A stretch of DNA of 64,000 bases from Azolla caroliniana (GCA_043228905.1 JBHGNT010000012.1:17112001-17176000), one strand, 5' to 3'; shown: positions 1 to 12,030, counted from the stretch's first letter. Notes: generated by a model not told the origin, from the letters alone. A program made the numbers and translations.

Positions 1-569
1 GAAGTTCTTTGTTGATCGTTGTCTGGATCAAGGCCAACCGCACAACGATCGATCAGCATCAATCAAAAGACAAATGAAAAACAAAGAAACATTAGTACAA
101 AAATCTGATACCAAATATTATAGATCATAGCACTAATGTAAGCTTAAGATAAGGATAATGAAAAGATAGATAGAAAGGAGAAAGAGAAAGAAGGGTGCCG
201 ATCCACCCGACCACCCCCGAGCGAAGGGATCGAGACGGACTCGAGCCTCGATCGGCGTCCCATACCACCGCCGTGGCGTCGAGTCGTACCTGGTGCTGGC
301 GCGCTCGCTACAAGAGTTTACCCACCACACGAGCAGAGTCTCGATGTAGTCAAAAGATGATCAAATGAGGGTAGCTAGGCCTCTTATTTATAGCGATACC
401 CAAGGCCCCCAGGCATGTTCACACTTGACCTAATGGGTTGTCTCAATCCCGAGGATAAAAGTAATCCTCCCCTTCTTTACACTCTCATTTAACCCTCACA
501 CTTATCCACGTGTATAGATTACTACGGTAAATTCTTACCACGGGATATTATATGGTCATGCTCGTAACA
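1..569 (-). mobile_element. 5' end of an iMet-primed Ty3/gypsy chromovirus family ('family X'): 5' LTR ~116-569, PBS remnant 104-113, leader running off the window start
   Basis: The LTR is nearly the same as 15105-15561, 54420-54863 and 58288-58739. TCTGATACCA (reverse complement of the iMet PBS TGGTATCAGA) lies next to the LTR, and the terminus reads TGTTACG on the minus strand. Confidence 0.85.
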
Positions 570-1222
570 ATGTCCCTCATCTTCGACTTCCACAGTGAGT
601 AGTTGGAGCCGGTGAGCTTGAACATGCAGCCGAAGTATTCTTCCATTTTCTATGTTGTTGGCTCTGATACCAGTTTGAAGCGAAATGCGCAAAATATCGC
701 TTGGCCACAAGTGGGTAGTAAATCAATTCTATAAGAATCAAACACAACAATGGGAAGTGGAGAGTACACAAGAAAATGACACAGGATGTTTACGTGGAAA
801 AACCCTAATAGGGAAAATTCACAAGAGCCCACAGACTCTGAACTATCACTATGAAGAGAAGGGGTACAATCAGAGACTTGGAGGCAATGACCTCAAGCTC
901 TGTTTCTTCGCACAATGGCGGTTACAACAGAGTATCACTCTGTATCTCTCTCTCCCCCTCTCTCTGTGTACAACAGTTACAACAATATGACAACAACACA
1001 ATCACATACACCTAAAGTGATTGCCCTAAGTCATATTTATAGTTATATGAACTTAGGGCTATTTACAAATATAGCCTCAATGGGCTTATTCAAGACATAT
1101 TTACAAATCTATTTTCTCTTCCGGTTCTCACCGGGTCTCCTCCAGTTTCCGGATCTCTTCCGATTCTCATTGGGTCCTCTTTATTCATCACCGAATCCCA
1201 TCCGGAGAGACCAATTTCCCAA
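570..1222 (-). mobile_element. 5' part of a Ty1/copia element: LTR ~676-1222, iMet PBS 661-672, gag start (ATG 646) interrupted by the family X element
   Basis: GCTCTGATACCA at 661-672. The minus strand reads MEEYFGCMFKLTGSNYSLWKSKMRD, a copia Gag N-terminus. The LTR resembles the other copia LTRs here (shared GTGGAAAACCC and GCCCTAAGTCATATTTATA blocks). Confidence 0.8.
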
Positions 1223-1354
1223 TGTCACGTTTTTAGGTCAGGTAGCTCAATTCTTGCACGATGGGTTTTGGTTACCCACTTCTGACCGATTTTCTGTACC
1301 TGTGGCTCCTCGTTCTCCGTAAACTTTGACCAGGGCCGTGTTGAGGTTAGGTAG
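1223..1354. mobile_element. Probable LTR fragment beginning TGTCACG, inserted at the very end of the preceding copia LTR
   Basis: The copia LTR terminus CCCAACA is cut to CCCAA and followed by TGTCACG. The fragment is then interrupted by the next LTR at 1355. Confidence 0.35.
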
Positions 1355-1647
1355 TGTTGAGAGACAAGCTCAACATTCGTGCGTAATACGATGCGTAACC
1401 TAGTGCATAGACTGGGTGCGTAAATCGGTACGCACAACATGGCTGTATCGGTGTGAAAATCGCGAGGCCGTTGGGAAGATATTCCTCGTAAGGAATAATT
1501 TTGGGAGTTAGTGTAGTAGGCTCATTTATGAGTGGTCAAGTACTGTTAGTACTTGTGTCAGCCCTATTGTCAGGGCTTGTATAAAAGGTGCTCATTGAGC
1601 ACGGTGTATGTACAGATTGAGTATTATTTTGAATTGAGTTTCTGTGT

Positions 1648-1691
<44 letters not shown>

Positions 1692-1705
1692 GCGTACTAT
1701 GTATA

Positions 1706-2354
1706 TGTTGGGATTACGGTCCCTCCGGATGGGATGGTCGGATGTCCGGAGGTGAATAACGGCAAGCCTGGTTCCGGTTACGGAGCCGGATGATGAAGAT
1801 CCCGGTTACGGAGCCGGATGATGAAGACCCCGGTTACGGAGCCGGATGATGAAGACCCCGGTTACGGAGCCGGATGATGAATGTACCCGGAGAGAGATCC
1901 GGATGCGGGGACATATTTGTGAATATGTTTGCCAAGGGTCCTTGAGGCCATATTTGTAAATAGTCCGAAAGTCATATGTGTATAAATATGACTTAGGGCA
2001 AACAGTTTTGTTGTTGTTGCTCATTTTTATGTTTTCAGCCGAGAGAGCGAAGTGAGAGCAGCCGAGAGAGAGAGAGAGAGAGGAAGAGGTCGTGGCCTCT
2101 GTGTATTACCGCCGCCTGTGGCGAAGACAGTGAGCTCAAGGTTGTTGCCTTGTAGCTACACCTTTGTACATCTCTGTTCATAGTGATAGTTGGAGTCTGA
2201 GGACTCCCGTGGTTTTTCCCGTATAGGGTTTTCCACGTTAATCCCTGTGTTATCGTGTCTTTCTCTGTATTTCCTATTTTCTGCAACAACGATTCGTGTG
2301 TTTCCTCGGTTGTGTCCGAGAGGTGAAGGTGAATCGGAGCGTTGATTCTCTACA
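1706..2354 (+). repeat. 5' LTR of copia A, with ~4 copies of a 29-bp CCGG-rich U3 repeat (~1774-1881)
   Basis: Direct repeat of 6216-6864 at offset 4510; the ORF-track translations over both copies are identical. Confidence 0.97.
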
Positions 2355-2385
2355 AAGTGGTATCAGAGCGACGGTAACACAGAAA

Positions 2386-3585
2386 ATGGAAGGCGGCAGC
2401 AGCGGGCAGCCGGGGATGATGGTGCTGAATGTGCAGAATTACGCCGACTGGAAGATCAAGATGGAGGATCTTCTGATTGTTCGGGACCTGTACGAACCGA
2501 TTGACAGGTCGGAAATACCGAAGGGGGTACTTGAGACGGAATGGAGGCTTCTGAAGCGGAAAGCCGTAGCGACGATCCGGCAATATGTCGATGTAAGCGT
2601 CCTACAACATGTGGCGAACGACACCAACGCATATGAGATGTGGAAGAAGCTGTCGGGCCTCTACGAGAGGAAGAACGCGTTGAACCGGACCTCCCTGATG
2701 AGGAAGATAGTGAACCTCAAGTACCGTGACGGCGAGAGCATGGTGGAACACGTAAGCACGTTCATGGGATTCGTGAACCAGGTTGCGGCGATCAAGTTCC
2801 CGTTGGAGGATGCAATGCAAGCCATCATTCTGATGTGTACATTGCCGGAAAGCTGGGAGAACTTGGTGGTGACTCTCAGAACCTCCTGCACCGAAGATAA
2901 CTTGTCCCTACAAACGGTAAAGACAAGTATTTTGAACGAAGAAGCGCGTCGGAGAGATAAAGAACCGGCCTCCGACTCGAAGGCGCTGCTTACCGAATCG
3001 GAACGGGGAAGACAATGGAACCGGAGTCCGCAAAGACGGGAGAAGTCGGGGACCCGGTCGCAGTCAAGAGGAAGACCCACATGCTTCCACTGTGGGAAGC
3101 CGGGGCACTTCCGGAAGAATTGTCGGCATTACCGAAAAGACAACGGAGCCGACGACACCGATTCGAAGAAGTCACCGGAGAGAAACGGTGCATACCGGGG
3201 AGCCACGGACCGGAGAGGTCCGGATCGGCGAGGGCAGGACCGGAAAGGAACGACGGCACTCGCGGCAAGTGAAGAGGAGATCATGCTCATTACCGAAGAG
3301 AGGGAGCTGAACCTTGCCGGAGAAGAGATGACCTGGGTGGTCGATTCCGGAGCGTCGTTCCACCTGACCCCGGAGAAGAAATACTTCTCATCCTACACAG
3401 CCGGTGAGCATGGTTGTGTCCGGATGGGAAATGAAGGTACATGCCGGATTGCCGGCATAGGAGACGTGTGGTTAACAACCTCGACCGGATGCAAAATGCT
3501 GCTGAAGGATGTCCGACACGTTCCGGAGGTTCGATTGAACCTGATTTCGGCATCTGGAGAAGTGCACCGATTGCCTGGCCGGTAA
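2386..3585 (+). CDS. Copia Gag-protease ORF (UBN2-type Gag, CCHC zinc knuckle, aspartic protease)
   Basis: ATG at 2386; motifs NYADWKIKMEDLL, CFHCGKPGHFRKNC and WVVDSGAS. The ORF ends shortly after a deletion/frameshift at ~3552. Confidence 0.9.
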   Translation: MEGGSSGQPGMMVLNVQNYADWKIKMEDLLIVRDLYEPIDRSEIPKGVLETEWRLLKRKAVATIRQYVDVSVLQHVANDTNAYEMWKKLSGLYERKNALNRTSLMRKIVNLKYRDGESMVEHVSTFMGFVNQVAAIKFPLEDAMQAIILMCTLPESWENLVVTLRTSCTEDNLSLQTVKTSILNEEARRRDKEPASDSKALLTESERGRQWNRSPQRREKSGTRSQSRGRPTCFHCGKPGHFRKNCRHYRKDNGADDTDSKKSPERNGAYRGATDRRGPDRRGQDRKGTTALAASEEEIMLITEERELNLAGEEMTWVVDSGASFHLTPEKKYFSSYTAGEHGCVRMGNEGTCRIAGIGDVWLTTSTGCKMLLKDVRHVPEVRLNLISASGEVHRLPGR

Positions 3586-6205
3586 GCAGAACCGAGCCTC
3601 CTTCCACTCAAGGCCACCGACGAGACGTAGCGCACCATTGGAGTTGGTGCACACTAACGTGTGTCAAGTAGAAACGAAGTCACATGGCGGAGCCCAGTAC
3701 TTCGTGACATTCATTGATGACCACAGCCGGAAGCTGTGGACGGCACCGTTGAAGACAAAGGACCAAGTGTTGTGCGTCTTCAAAGAACTCCACGCGAGAG
3801 TGGAAAGGGAATCCGGCAAGAAGCTGAAAGCGATACGAGCGGATAACGGAGGGGAATACCGGGGGCAGTTCGCGGAGTACTGTCGCTCAAAGGGAATCCG
3901 GCTCGAGTTTACAGTGCCGAAGACGCCGGAACTGAACGGGCTGGCCGAGAGGATGAACCGGACCATAATGGAGAGGGTCCGGAGTATGCTGGCGCATGCG
4001 AAATTACCCAAGGGGTTTTGGGCTGAGGCAATGTCGACGGCGACATACGTGATTAACAGATCACCCTCAATACCTTTGGACGGAGAGACGCCGCAGAGAG
4101 TGTGGACCGGTAGGGAAGTGTCCTACCGGCATCTGAAGGTGTTCGGGTGTCTCGCATACGTGCATGTGGCAAAGGACCGGAGAGGAAAGCTAGATCCAAA
4201 GACCCGGCCATGCATATTCCTCGGTTACGGCGACGACGAGTTCGGCTACCGAGTATGGGACCCGGTCGACAAGAAGATATTCAGGAGTCGAGATATCATC
4301 TTCATGGAGGACAAGACACTCGCCGACTGGGAGTCGGAGAAGAAGATGAAGAGCTCCAAGTCGACCGGTGAGAATCAACTCTACGAGGAGCAGTCCCGAC
4401 CGGCAAGGGACCGGTTAACACTCGAAGATCCGGCCGAAGACGGTGAAGAAACAGAACCGGCCGAAGAAGATGAAAATGATACCGGAACCGGCCCCGATCC
4501 CGAAATGGATTCGAATGAAGAAGAATCGGAAGAACCGGTTACCGAAGCTCCGGAACGGAGATATCCTCTAAGAGAGAGAAGGGCCCCCCGGAGATTTCCG
4601 GAACCAGAGCACGTGCTGCTAACCGACGAGGGGGAGCCGGAGAGCTTTGAAGAAGCGAAGCATGACACCCATAGCCGCAGGTAGCTAAGTGCCATGCAGG
4701 AGGAGATGGATTCCCTGCATGAGAACCACACTTATGAACTTGTGGAGTTGCCGAAAGGAAAACGGGCACTCCGTAACAAGTGGGTGTTCAAGCTGAAACC
4801 GGGAGATGCCGAAAACCCCCCGAGATACAAAGCCAGGATCATGGTGAAGGGGTTCCAGCAGAAGAAGGGCGTCGACTTCGACGAGATATTTGCCCCAGTA
4901 GTGAAGATGACCTCCATCCGGACGGTGCTGAGCATAGCGGCAAGCATGGACCTCGAGGTAGAACAGATGGACGTGAAGACGGCATTCCTTCACGGTGACC
5001 TCGAAGAAGAGATATACATGCAGCAACCGGAAGGATTCGAGAAGAAAGAGAAGGAGCACTTGGTATGCCGGTTGAAGAAGAGCCTTTATGGTTTGAAGCA
5101 GGCTCCCCGGCAGTGGTACCGAAAGTTTGACTCCTTCATGACCGATGAAGGGTACCACAAAACGCAGTCAGATCACTGCGTGTTTGTGAAGAAGTTCGAA
5201 GGATGAGACTTTCTAATACTCCTCCTGTACGTGGACGACATGTGGATCGTCGGACGGGACCAGGTCAAGATACGGATGCTGAAGAAGGCTCTCCACCGAA
5301 CCTTCTCAATGAAGGACCTGGGTCCGGCGAGGCAAATACTAGGGATGCACATCATCCGGGACCGGAAGAAGAAGTAGTTGTGGCTGTCACAGGAGAAGTA
5401 CGTGACAAAGGTGCTTCATCGGTTCAACATGTCGGAAGCAAGACCGGTCGGTTCAACCCTCCCGGCAAACTGCAAGTTGTCCAGCAAGCAAAGCCCCAAG
5501 ACAAAGGCTGAGAAGGAGGACATGATGAAAGTACCATATGCCTCTACCGTCGGAAGCTTGATGTACGCAATGGTGTGTACCCGACCGGACATAGGATATG
5601 CAGTCGGAGTGGTGAGCCGGTACATGAGCAATCCCGGCAAAGAGCACTGGAACGCGGTCAAGTGGATACTCCGATACCTGAAGGGCACGGCAAACGTGTG
5701 CCTCCGATTCGGCTCCGGTAAACCCGAACTCGACGGCTTTACTGATTCGGATATGTCGGCTGATGCAGATACCAGCCGGTCCACATCATGGTATGTGATG
5801 ACGTATGCAGGGGGAGCTGTTTCGTGGCAGTCGAGGCTGCAGAAGACGGTTGCGTTGTCAACCACGGAGGCGGAGTACATGGCGGCTGTTGAAGCCGGCA
5901 AGGAAATAATATGGATGAAGGACTTCATTAGAGAGCTTGGTATTCGGCAAGAGGAGTACCGACTCTACTGCGACAGTCAGAGTGCCATCCACCTTGCGAA
6001 GAACGCGGCCTACCATTCCCGGACGAAGCACATCCAGCGAAGATATCACTGGATCCGGGAAAGGATAGAAGACAAGGAGTTCGTGCTGACGAAGATCCAC
6101 ACGGACGAGAACGGGTCGGATATGCTCACCAAGGTGCTCACACCCGACAAGCTGGAAGCATGCCGGAAGAGGATCGGATTGGAGAGACATCCCATGCCGA
6201 AGTGA
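3551..6205 (+). pseudogene. Copia integrase-RT-RNase H, disrupted
   Basis: IN motifs (FIDDHSR, RADNGGEY, ELNGLAERMNRT), RT motifs (QMDVKTAFLHG, YVDD) and RNase H motifs (TDSD, EAEY, CDSQSA). Stops at 4682, 5204 and 5375; the HH half of the IN zinc finger is deleted. Confidence 0.93.
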
Positions 6206-6215
6206 AGGGGGAGTT

Positions 6216-6864
6216 TGTTGGGATTACGGTCCCTCCGGATGGGATGGTCGGATGTCCGGAGGTGAATAACGGCAAGCCTGGTTCCGGTTACGGAGCCGGA
6301 TGATGAAGATCCCGGTTACGGAGCCGGATGATGAAGACCCCGGTTACGGAGCCGGATGATGAAGACCCCGGTTACGGAGCCGGATGATGAATGTACCCGG
6401 AGAGAGATCCGGATGCGGGGACATATTTGTGAATATGTTTGCCAAGGGTCCTTGAGGCCATATTTGTAAATAGTCCGAAAGTCATATGTGTATAAATATG
6501 ACTTAGGGCAAACAGTTTTGTTGTTGTTGCTCATTTTTATGTTTTCAGCCGAGAGAGCGAAGTGAGAGCAGCCGAGAGAGAGAGAGAGAGAGGAAGAGGT
6601 CGTGGCCTCTGTGTATTACCGCCGCCTGTGGCGAAGACAGTGAGCTCAAGGTTGTTGCCTTGTAGCTACACCTTTGTACATCTCTGTTCATAGTGATAGT
6701 TGGAGTCTGAGGACTCCCGTGGTTTTTCCCGTATAGGGTTTTCCACGTTAATCCCTGTGTTATCGTGTCTTTCTCTGTATTTCCTATTTTCTGCAACAAC
6801 GATTCGTGTGTTTCCTCGGTTGTGTCCGAGAGGTGAAGGTGAATCGGAGCGTTGATTCTCTACA
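6216..6864 (+). repeat. 3' LTR of copia A
   Basis: Follows the PPT; copy of 1706-2354; followed by TSD GTATA. Confidence 0.97.
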
Positions 6865-7024
6865 GTATATTCAAGCTCTCCATTAAACCTGCGTATTTTC
6901 TGTGTTTGGTTTTCTATTGCTTCCGCACATAATCTTTTTCATGGTATCAGAGCGCAAGGGTTGAGAACCTCTGTAGCCGACATGGCTTGAAAGGAAAACC
7001 AACCAAGAAGAACAGGTAAAACCG

Positions 7025-7452
7025 ATGGATAGAGGCATGGCTAGCTCGCTTCCTACCGAGAAGCTCAACAAAAACAACTACGCGTCTTGGTCCTACAAGA
7101 TGCACCACTACCTGCTCAGGCACAGTTACTAGAGCTATGTCAATGGAGCAAATGACACAGCACCTGAATCGACACACAGAGATTTCCCGGCGTGGGAACA
7201 GTCGGCGAGCAGAGTACTGCATTGCTTCGCGTCTTGTGTGGGCGAACAACTCTTGAGCTATATTCGGGATGCAAAAACGCCAAAGGATGCTTTGGGAAAT
7301 CTAAAGAAGATCTTCGCCGCAAGCACCACAACCAGGAAGCTTCAACTCCGACAAGAGCTGAGCAATTTACGACAACGCGACTTGTCGGTGGCTGATTACA
7401 CCTCGAAGATCAAAGAGATATGCGACTCCTTAGCCTCTATCGATGTGAATGT
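7025..7452 (+). pseudogene. Copia B gag N-terminal fragment
   Basis: MDRGMASSLPTEKLNKNNYASWSYKMHHYL...KLQLRQELSNLRQRDLSVADYTSKIKEICDSLASI; one internal TAG; cut off by the LTR at 7453. Confidence 0.85.
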
Positions 7453-8417
7453 TGTCGTGCCTTTCGGCACCAGATTGTTTGCGTGAGTCTGGTGGGAACC
7501 ACTGGGGTTTTGGACTAGGAGGAGGAAGAATTTGAGACAAGTTTATAATTATGGATAGATTATTAGAAAGAGAGATAGAAACTTGTGAATCCCACAGGTA
7601 TAATGTATTAGATTAATCAATATTTAGATAAGAATATGAATTTAGATTGAAAGAGAGATATAAGAAACTCGTGAATCCCACAAGTATAGATTATTAGATT
7701 TATTAATATTTAGAATCCTAATTACAATTTATCATAGATTGGAAGCGAGAGATATGGAAAGCTTCGTGAATCCCACGAATATAATTTATTAATTATAGGT
7801 GTTTTAGGAAATATATCCAATTTCCCAAATATTTCACACCCCCCCCCCCTATTACATTGTGCTCCTCATCCTTATATAGTGATGAGAGAGTCTTAACAAT
7901 CCATGCTTTTTCTATAGATAGACTATATGCTTTCTCTAACATGCTTTTTCTAACTTGATGCGTTTTTATTGACTATGGTGTTCATGCACGCTACATGTGC
8001 ATGCGTAGCTTTTTTTGTTATCATGCATTTTCTTCTAATTAAAGTTTATCCTAGCGTGAAATTACCTTTCTATATGGGACGTTTACTATTTTAATACTAA
8101 TGATATGTTAGTGTAATGGTAAGGCTTTACATTATAAACATGGAGGTGCAAGGTTTGAATCTTGCCCTATGCATGTAATATATACTTTTATACTTTCTTC
8201 TATTTACAAATATGTCTCTTCATCCGGTGAGAGACTCTCACCGGCCTTCTTCATCCGGTTCTCATCGGTTCTCCTTACCGGGTCCGGTCCTTACCGGTTC
8301 CTCTTTCCGATTCTCACCGGGTACTCCATGTCCTATCCGGAGAGACCAAAAATGCATTTTTTCATGTAGTGTGCGAATTACACTACGACACTCGGCCCCT
8401 CTAAACCCACACATCCT

Positions 8418-10605
8418 CTAGTATGTGGCGAAGCTGTCGATGATTGTTAGTCTTGTCCGTCCGGTCTTCGCCCGATTGGTTTCGTCACCAGTCGTGCTTG
8501 GTTGCCGGCTCCGCCCGATTTCCTGTTCTGTTCGGTTGCCGGCTCCGTCCGGTTTCTGGTTTTCAATTGCTTGTTGCGCCTGGTTACCGGTTGCTGACTC
8601 TCGTATTTCTCCTTTACTCGTAATCCCCTCCGTTTCTCTTGCTATGTCGACTTTGTCTCTCCATTTTGAGCACATCCATTCTTTCCACCCAAACCATTGT
8701 CACCATCCGATCCACCATATTCTTTGTTCTCTCTTTGCATTGCCATGGTCGATTGTCATGGCTCCTTGTGATCCTCTTGAGCATAACCCTTCTTGTCTTG
8801 TGCATGTGCCATGCTTCCCACTTTGTTCACCTTTGTCGTATAATCTCGCGTTAGAGTTGATAATCTTCATGTTAGAGTCCTCCTTCTTTGTTGAGATCTC
8901 ATCCTCGGTAACACCCTTCAAATCCTCTTGGCCCTTGTCATCTGTGGTAGTGTGCTTGCTTGGCCTCTTCCTCGTGTTCACCGGCCTCCGGTTGAGTCGT
9001 ATTACCTTCTTTCCGATTCGGTCTCATCCGATCGACTTCCGATTGGAATGATTTCCGTCCGTGTCGAACTCGACGAATCAGATTTTATCCGAATCCACTT
9101 CTGCTTGCTTCAACTTTCGTTTAGACCGGAATTTCGGACATATCATTTTCCATCCGAACCGGCTTTTGACTTTACCTTCCTCGCCGTCATCTCCCGTCTC
9201 TCCAGTCTCATGTTGCTTCTCAGACACAACCGCCAAAATCTCTAGGATTAGTGGGCAAGAATCCTCGGTATTATCATTCTCCGTCGTTTCACCCATAGCC
9301 ACCTTCTCGGTTATCTCTCCGTCGTATGCATCGGCTTTGACCTTCGTTTTCTTTCCGCCACCTTCCGTCTCTTCGGTCTCACATTGCCTTTTGAATGTAA
9401 CTGCCGAAATCTCTAGAACTAGTGATGGGAAAGTCTTCATACGGCCATCCACCATTGATTCGTCCATAGCCACCTCCGATTCGAGGCCATCTTTCGTGGC
9501 GACATCCTCAATCAAGTCCGCCTCACACTCTTTATCTCCCTCGATCATGCAAGCATCGATTATGCTTACTTGTTTTTCACCCGATGTTTCGGATACTTGT
9601 ATTCCGAAACTTCTTCCGTTCTTGAAGTGTTGTTCGCCACTCTCAAGTCATCGACCTTATCCTTGGTCATCGTTCTTTCGCAAGACAAGAGGATGCCTTG
9701 TTCCACACCCTCTCCCGTGGTACCGTCGACTGATACTTCAGTCTTCGTATTAGCCACATCGTTTATCATTAATCGATCATCCCTCATAGGCCATGTTGTT
9801 GCCGACGATATTCTCATCTTCCTCTTATCATGTCTTCGGCATACTCTTTCAACTTCAGCCCAATCCTCGGTAAGGCCATTTGCACCATCATCATCTTCAA
9901 GTTGGATCCCAATGTCCATCCTTTCTTTTTGATCGATCGATCTTACGAACATTAGGACATTATCCTCCCCCAACAATCTTTGTTCCTGCTCCGAGAGTCA
10001 AGCAAAACAATGCTCGAACTCTAGGAATGCTTGTGTTGCACTTTGGTGGGTCTTCTCCGATGCCACCCATTCATTGAACTCTCACCGATCTCGTCCCTTC
10101 GATCTCTCATAGTCATATGCCTCTTGTAAAGCTTCTTCAAAGGACCCCCATGTTGGGTTTTGTTGCCCTATCTTGTAGATTCTCTCTTGTAACTCATCTG
10201 TGGCTACCCGATTGAAGGAAATCACTTGCAATCCTTTCGGTATCCCACATCGCATCATCTCCGCCTTGTAGTCATGTAGATAGCGTGACACATCATTTCC
10301 GTTGAATTGCCCGTTTTGTTGCACATGTCATGATATGGCAAGACTCGAACCCATGACCTTATGTTATATGGGTTGAGCTCTTGACCATTATACCATCTAT
10401 TGTAATACCATCCATTTAAATTTTATTAGAGGAAATTAATGTATATTCCAGATTTCTCTAGAACATTCTAGAAGCTTCAGGATTACTCGTGAGAACACTA
10501 TAAAAGAAGGCACTAGGCATTATGTTGAACCAAATTGGTTCAACGCCAATCTTAAGCCTCTAGCCAGTTGGTACTTATCCTTCACATAATATATTAGTTG
10601 TTATC

Positions 10606-10658
<53 letters not shown>

Positions 10659-10874
10659 CTCGCTATCTCTGTCTCCTCTTCTCTCCTTCTCTCTCGAGAA
10701 TCTTACGCAGTCCCGTCCTCTTAGTACTAATAGTACTTCTCTTCTTTAGTATTAATTCTCTCTCTGCTTTAGTACTATTCCTGGCAACACAAGCCGCTCT
10801 ACTGCCGACTTCATCTCCGAAATCGCACGTTGCTCTTGTTGCATCCGCTCAATCATCATCATCATTATGCTCAT
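8418..10874 (-). pseudogene. Fragmented gag-like ORF (retrotransposon-gag-like N-terminus plus acidic low-complexity tail)
   Basis: Removing solo LTR 10326-10786 and one TSD restores ...SAVERLV-QQNGQFNGNDVSRYLHDYKAEM... in frame. Further pieces include LTEDWAEVERVC; several frameshifts. Confidence 0.65.
10326..10786 (+). mobile_element. Solo LTR related to the Tcn1-like element (second family)
   Basis: Starts TGTCATGA like the Tcn1-like LTR and shares TCTAGAACATTCTAGAA. TATAAAA at ~10499; ends ...CCTGGCA; TSD GCACA/ACACA. Confidence 0.8.
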
Positions 10875-10911
10875 CGCCTCTTGTTGATTCTCGATCTCCT
10901 TGCCACTTGCC

Positions 10912-10929
10912 TTCACGTCGGGTTCACCA
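10912..10929 (-). other. Primer binding site complementary to the tRNA-Trp 3' end
   Basis: Minus strand TGGTGAACCCGACGTGAA, 4 nt inside the LTR end; matches the plant tRNA-Trp 3' end ...TTCACGTCGGGTTCACCA (recalled from memory). Confidence 0.85.
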
Positions 10930-11307
10930 CTTGTGTCGAGCCTTTCAATGCCGGATCGTTGCATGAGTCGGGTGGGAACCGTTGAGGTTTTGGACTAGGA
11001 GGAGGAAGAATTTGAGGCGATTTTAATTATGAATAGATTATTATAAACTTGCGAATCCCACAAGTATATTATATTAATCAACCCTTGTAAAATAATCAAC
11101 AACCACTATACATCTTTCTCTCTTCCTTATATAGTGTGGGAAGAGTCTAAGTTTATCACATGCAATCATCATGCTTTTCCTAACTTTAGTTTTCATGCAC
11201 ACTGCATGTGCATGATTAGCTTTCTATCCCATCTTTTCTTTTAACTCGAGTGTGTATGCATGATTAACTTTTTGTACCATGCATATCTAGAATATTTACA
11301 TGGGATA

Positions 11308-11576
11308 TGATAGGAACACATGCTCCCTAAGCACAATGCTCGGCCACAACCGAGGCTAGAATCATACACAGAAAACGGGTAATGAATGCACGACATAGTG
11401 AAGAGAAGAGTACACAGGATGTTTACGTGGAAAACCCAAACTAGGGAAAAACCACGGCAGCCCACAGGCTGCAAACTATCACTATGTTACAATGTACAAC
11501 AGTAAAGCACCGAAGCAACGACCTCGAGCTTTCTATCTTCGCCACAGGCGGCAATTACAACAGAGGCAACAACCTC

Positions 11577-11636
<60 letters not shown>

Positions 11637-12030
11637 CACAGTTACGCGCTCTAATCTTGCACCAACAAGAATAGCAACAACAATCATCATAATTCTCTGT
11701 TTGCCCTAAGTCATATTTATACTAATATGACTTTTCGGCTATTTACAAATATAGCCTCGATGGACTCTCAGAAACATATTTACGAATAGGTCCCTTCATC
11801 CGGTGAGCACTTCTCACCGGGCCTTCACCATCCGGCTCTTGCCGGGTACTCCTCATCCGGTTCTCTCCAGGTCCTCCTCATCCAGTTCTCACCAGGTCTT
11901 CCTCATTCGGTTCTCATCGGGTCTTCCGTAGCCGGGTACATGTCATCCGGTTTTGGCCTCGGCCTATCGGCCTTGGCCGAGTTGACACTGTTCTTCTCAC
12001 TTCCCATCCGGAGGGACTTGTTTCCTAACA
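11308..12030 (-). mobile_element. Copia solo LTR
   Basis: Minus-strand start TGTTAGGAAACAAGTCCCTCCGGATGGG (cf. 27290); perfect TSD GGATA at 11303-11307 and 12031-12035. Confidence 0.9.

Larger units (their letters stand above)
1706..6864 (+). mobile_element. Ty1/copia LTR retrotransposon A, structurally complete, recent insertion, pol inactivated
   Basis: 649-bp LTRs TG..CA at 1706-2354 and 6216-6864; perfect 5-bp TSD GTATA (1701-1705, 6865-6869); PBS TGGTATCAGAGC 2358-2369; PPT AGTGAAGGGGGAG 6201-6213; domain order gag-PR-IN-RT-RH. Confidence 0.97.
1355..7452 (+). mobile_element. Host Ty1/copia element B: 5' LTR 1355-1705 + 6870-6941 split by the young copia insertion, iMet PBS 6942-6953, gag truncated at 7452
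   Basis: The LTR start TGTTGAGAGACAAGCTCAACA is shared with solo LTR 57185-57596. TGGTATCAGAGC directly follows ...TTTCA, and gag follows. Confidence 0.85.

Noticed and set aside
8425-9753. Plus-strand ORFs of 208 and 230 aa
   Set aside because: Antisense shadows of the purine-rich gag-like region on the minus strand.
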